Of a stretch of 64,000 nucleotides of DNA, positions 60,193-64,000 are shown piece after piece. The notes beneath the pieces were generated by a model. The model was not told where the DNA came from. It saw nothing but the letters and a program-made list of their open reading frames with translations, and ran no database searches. Origin of the DNA: Candidatus Bathyarchaeia archaeon (lineage in GTDB: Archaea > Thermoproteota > Bathyarchaeia > Bathyarchaeales > Bathycorpusculaceae); contig JBMFMB010000002.1 of NCBI GenBank assembly GCA_049970895.1, positions 16,017 to 80,016 on the forward strand, in the 5' to 3' direction. Both the position numbers and the translations under genes were made by a program. How positions within the stretch are numbered: position 1 is the stretch's first letter; each line of letters opens with the position of its first letter.

Positions 60193-61896
60193 ATGCCCAT
60201 GCCGTTTAGGGCTCTGGCGGAATTATGCGAGAGATTGGAGGGCATGAGCCGGCGGATTCCGGCCATAAATCTTGTAGCAGACTTTCTAAAAAACCTTGAA
60301 CCAGGCGAGGTTGAGCCGGCGGTTTCAATGATTTTGGGGAGGCCTTTTCCAAAGTGGAGCCAGCAAACTCTTGATGTGAGCTGGGCAACTTTAAGCGAGA
60401 TTATTAGGCGTATAACTGGGGTTGAGTGGAAAGTTTTCCTAGAAGCCTTTAACAAGACTGGAGATGTTGGTTCTGCTGCCAGAGTTGTTTTTGAAAGCTG
60501 CAAGGTTAAGCGGCAAGCCGTGCTATTTGAAAAGCCTTTAACAATATTGGAGGTTAGGCGTAGTTTTGAGGCTATAGCTGAAACCGTTGGATACGGCTCC
60601 AGAGAGAAGAAAGAACGTCTAGTGGAGGCTTTGCTTAGTTTGGCTTCTCCGCTTGAGGCAAAATATTTGGTTAAAATATTCATTGGAGAGATGCGGACGG
60701 GCTTCCATGAGGGGCTAATGGAGCAAGCCGTCTCTAAAGCCTTTCAGATACCGCTTGAAACCGTTAAAAGGGCAAGCATGGTTTTAGGCGATATTGGCAC
60801 TGTGGCGGCACTAATAAAAAATGAAGGCAAGGAAGCGCTTTCAAAAATCGGTTTTCAAGTTTTTAGGCCTGTTAGGCTTATGCTGGCTCAGATGGCTAAT
60901 GATGTGGCTGAAGCCTTAAAAGAGCATGGTGGAAAAACCGCCTTCGAATATAAACTTGATGGTGCTAGGGTTCAGATTCATAAGCATGGCAATGATGTGC
61001 GAATTTTCAGCCGCAGATTAACAGATGTCACTAAAAGTTTGCCGGAAATAGCCGACATGGTAAGGAGAGAAGTTAAAGCCAGTGAAGCCATTGTGGAAGG
61101 CGAAGTAATAGCTGTAGATGATAAGGGGCATCCCATTCCCTTCCAGCATCTCATGCGGAGATTTAAAAGAGTCCACGAGGTAGAGGATTTGGCTGAAACA
61201 ATTCCGGTTAGGCTTTACCTCTTCGACATTTTATACTTGAACGGTGAAAGCCTGATTTCACTCCCCTATCTTCAGCGAAGACAAATTTTGGCTGAAAATG
61301 CTGGGGGAATACCACTAACAAGGCAGATAATTACAGACAGTGCTGAAGAAGCTGAACAGTTTCTTAAGGAGGCTGTTGACTGCGGGCATGAGGGGCTTAT
61401 GGCTAAGAGGCTGAACAGCGAATACACGCCGGGAACCCGTGGAAAACACTGGTTAAAGATAAAGCCAACTCTTGAACCCTTGGACTTGGTCATTGTTGCG
61501 GCTGAATATGGTTATGGACGGAGACGCGAGTGGCTTTCAGATTATTATTTGGCTGCACGTGACGCTGAAACTGGCGAATTTTTGGTTGTTGGTAAAACCT
61601 TCAAGGGTTTAACAGACTCCGAAATCATCGAAATGACGAGGCGCCTAAAAGAATTAGCCATAAGAGAGGAGTACCGCAGGGTCTACGTTACTCCAAAAAT
61701 TGTTGTAGAGGTAGCCTACAACGAAATTCAGAAAAGCCCAAAGTATAAGTGTGGCATGGCACTGCGTTTTGCGAGAATAACCCGGATAAGGGATGATAAA
61801 AACCCAGAGGAAGCCGACACCATACAGAGGGTTAGGGAAATCTACCAAAAACAGTTCTTGAAAAAGGGTAATATAAGGCTAGAAGACAGCATTTAA
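60193..61896 (+). CDS. lig: ATP-dependent DNA ligase
   Basis: EYKLDG, EGE, FDIL, EGLMAK, WLKIK, LRFARI.RIRDDK. Confidence 0.97.
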   Translation: MPMPFRALAELCERLEGMSRRIPAINLVADFLKNLEPGEVEPAVSMILGRPFPKWSQQTLDVSWATLSEIIRRITGVEWKVFLEAFNKTGDVGSAARVVFESCKVKRQAVLFEKPLTILEVRRSFEAIAETVGYGSREKKERLVEALLSLASPLEAKYLVKIFIGEMRTGFHEGLMEQAVSKAFQIPLETVKRASMVLGDIGTVAALIKNEGKEALSKIGFQVFRPVRLMLAQMANDVAEALKEHGGKTAFEYKLDGARVQIHKHGNDVRIFSRRLTDVTKSLPEIADMVRREVKASEAIVEGEVIAVDDKGHPIPFQHLMRRFKRVHEVEDLAETIPVRLYLFDILYLNGESLISLPYLQRRQILAENAGGIPLTRQIITDSAEEAEQFLKEAVDCGHEGLMAKRLNSEYTPGTRGKHWLKIKPTLEPLDLVIVAAEYGYGRRREWLSDYYLAARDAETGEFLVVGKTFKGLTDSEIIEMTRRLKELAIREEYRRVYVTPKIVVEVAYNEIQKSPKYKCGMALRFARITRIRDDKNPEEADTIQRVREIYQKQFLKKGNIRLEDSI

Positions 61897-61932
61897 TATG
61901 CCCGCTGCCAACACAGTTAAGGAAGATTTGAA

Positions 61933-62979
61933 ATGTCGAAAACACGGAAAACCCGCATTTCATACGACGAATTTTACAGTCGACAAATTGTCATGAAGGA
62001 AATTGGACGCAAAGGACAAGAAAAGCTTGCAAAGGCAAAGGTCGCCGTTGTGGGGCTCGGCGGACTTGGCACAGTTGCATCGCTTTATCTGACGCTTGCT
62101 GGTGTCGGCTACCTACGCTTAATAGACCAGGACACTGTGGAACCACATAATCTTCATAGGCAAGTTTTGTATACGCCAGAGGATTTACATTATCCAAAGG
62201 CTGAGGTTTCGGCAAAGAAGCTTATGGAAGTGAATCCTTTCGTTAGGGTTGAGGCTTTTCCAGAAAACTTGAACGTGGACAATGCCGAAAAACTATTGAA
62301 GGGCATGGACTGTGTTGTTGATGGCTTGGATAACATGCGCACCCGCTACATTGTCAATCGGACTTGCATAAAACTTAAAATCCCATATGTTTTCGGGGCA
62401 GCCATAGGCGTAGAAGGCAACCTTTCAGTTTTCGCCCCACCCGAAACCCCATGCCTAGAATGTGTCTTGCCAAACATTGAGGACAACAGCCTACTAACAT
62501 GCGATGTTAGAGGAGTTTTAGGCGCAACTCCCGGGATTATTGGAACAATGGAAGCCATGGAAACAATAAAACTCCTTGCTGGAATAGGCACGCCATTAAA
62601 GGGTAAGCTTATGGTATGCGACTTCAGCGACATGTACTACACCATAATAGACATATACAAAAGGGAAAACTGTCCAGCCTGCCGAGGAGAAGCCGCAACC
62701 CAAAAACCACGAGAAAAGCTTGTGTGGCTGTGTGGAAGGAACACCGTCAACATAAACCCGGAAAAACCAACAAAACTAAACCTCGAAACTATCCACCAAA
62801 AAATAGGGCAAAAATTTAAGGTGCGTGTAAAATCTTCAATGGCAATAGTCTTCACATACAAAAACCACGAAATAACACTGTTCAACGGTGGGCGCATGCT
62901 AATAAAGAACGTAGAAGATGAAGAAAGAGCCTTAAAAATTTATAGAGAAATAGCCCAAAAAATAGGGTTAAACCAATAA
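61933..62979 (+). CDS. MoeB/ThiF/E1-like adenylyltransferase
   Basis: YSRQ, GLGGLG, NLHRQ, DGLDN, CLEC, CPAC. Confidence 0.93.
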   Translation: MSKTRKTRISYDEFYSRQIVMKEIGRKGQEKLAKAKVAVVGLGGLGTVASLYLTLAGVGYLRLIDQDTVEPHNLHRQVLYTPEDLHYPKAEVSAKKLMEVNPFVRVEAFPENLNVDNAEKLLKGMDCVVDGLDNMRTRYIVNRTCIKLKIPYVFGAAIGVEGNLSVFAPPETPCLECVLPNIEDNSLLTCDVRGVLGATPGIIGTMEAMETIKLLAGIGTPLKGKLMVCDFSDMYYTIIDIYKRENCPACRGEAATQKPREKLVWLCGRNTVNINPEKPTKLNLETIHQKIGQKFKVRVKSSMAIVFTYKNHEITLFNGGRMLIKNVEDEERALKIYREIAQKIGLNQ

Positions 62980-63019
62980 AAACTTATTACACACCCAACA
63001 AAACTTTAATTGAAAATGC

Positions 63020-63092
63020 GCCGGGGTGGCCGAACGGTTCAGGCGGCTGCCTGCAGAGCAGCTATATGTGGGTTCAACTCCCACCCCCGGCT
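63020..63092 (+). tRNA. tRNA-Cys(GCA), CCA not encoded
   Basis: Acceptor GCCGGGG/CCCCGGC with U discriminator; anticodon arm GCTGC-CTGCAGA-GCAGC; T arm GTGGG-TTCAACT-CCCAC. Confidence 0.96.
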
Positions 63093-63135
63093 TTTTGGAA
63101 TGAACCCCCGGCCTATGAGGGCTTATCTGGGAAGC

Positions 63136-64000
63136 TTACTTGCGTTTCCTAAACAGTTTGACACCGTCAATGTCGCAGACATACTCAAATCCACCTCTAT
63201 CAGTTTAGATGCTTCCTCAATGTTACGCGCAGCCTTACACACGAATTCATCAGCTTCAAAGTTAATCAGCTGAGTGTAGATCAGCGTGTTTTTAATGTTC
63301 TTGTGACCTAAAATCTTCATTACATAAAGTATGTCTTTTGTTTTGGCGTATTCCATGGTTGCTTTCCAATGGCGGAAGGTGTGAAAGGTTATTTGCATCA
63401 ACCTTGGATTTCCATAGCGTTGAGCTAAAACCTTCTTTCTTCTCTGGAAGCACCGTGCAAATCCCCTTATTGGATAATCGCCGAAAATTTTCTGAGATTT
63501 TTTGGGTAGGCTATTTAACATGCAAAGCAGTTTGCTTGAAACTCTGAAGATTCTTGGACTGCTCCCTTTTTCAGGTTCCACGCTTCGCCCGCCCTTATTC
63601 CTGTTTCTTTTAGTAATTGTAGAAAGGCTGATGTTTTGGGTCCACATCCGTTAATGAGGGTGTCAAGCTCCTGCTCTGTCGGGATGAAAGGTAACTTTGC
63701 CACACGTTTGTATTTTGGTGGGCTCCATTTTCCGCCGACCATTAGTAGGTAGCTGCTGTATGCTTCAACTGCCAGCTCTTTTCTCCCTTCACTCCAACCT
63801 CCCTGTTTTGCGATGACTTCTTTCACGCTTTCAGGGTCGGTAGTGGTTTGCTCCACGCTTAACAAGGGTTTTTAGAAGCTTAACCCTCCCAGTTATTGTT
63901 GATTCTGAATAGCCCTGTTTTTTAAGCCACCACGCGTATTCAAGGATTTTTGCGTCAGGGGTGGGTTTGTTGTATATGACTTTTCTGTGGCTCCCGCAGC
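63136..64000 (-). pseudogene. Tyrosine recombinase/integrase, frameshifted, next to tRNA-Cys; continues past the right edge
   Basis: ETGIRAGE, HTFRH, LGH, TLIY catalytic motifs split across frames; at least three lesions. Confidence 0.85.

Noticed and set aside
63010-63273. 87-aa ORF
   Set aside because: Overlaps tRNA-Cys and the antisense of the integrase remnant

Overview
Archaeal chromosomal segment, shown by S4e/L19e/L32e/L34e ribosomal proteins, RNase P protein 1, tetraether lipid synthase and TATA-type promoters. Gene content suggests Bathyarchaeia (inference). Left to right: a GH57 gene and a decayed glycosyltransferase; pgk-gap; a gcvH-flavoprotein pair; a purine cluster (purF-purD-HAD-ftr-like-pfkB converging on purM-purS-purL-purQ); tRNA-Gly followed by a bacterial-type rsmH; membrane and stress genes; a 9-gene ETF/beta-oxidation cluster; tes divergent from a TrmB regulator; hypFCD/hypE; the L22-spc-secY-cmk ribosomal cluster with an Hsp20 inserted; a ThrC-like-wHTH fusion, ECF S component and PurM-like locus; radical SAM and GT2 genes; DNA ligase; a MoeB/E1-like gene; tRNA-Cys and a broken tyrosine integrase. 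There are two best candidates for undescribed systems. (1) A HAD phosphatase / Ftr-like formyltransferase / PfkB kinase triad (ehaRST-like) sits exactly where the missing GAR-formylation step of purine synthesis would be. (2) A threonine-synthase-like protein has its PLP lysine replaced by Arg and is fused to a winged HTH, next to a perfect 12-2-12 palindrome, an ECF S component and a PurM-like ATP-binding enzyme; this may be a vitamin-B6-sensing regulon. All calls rest on motif recognition only; no searches were run.
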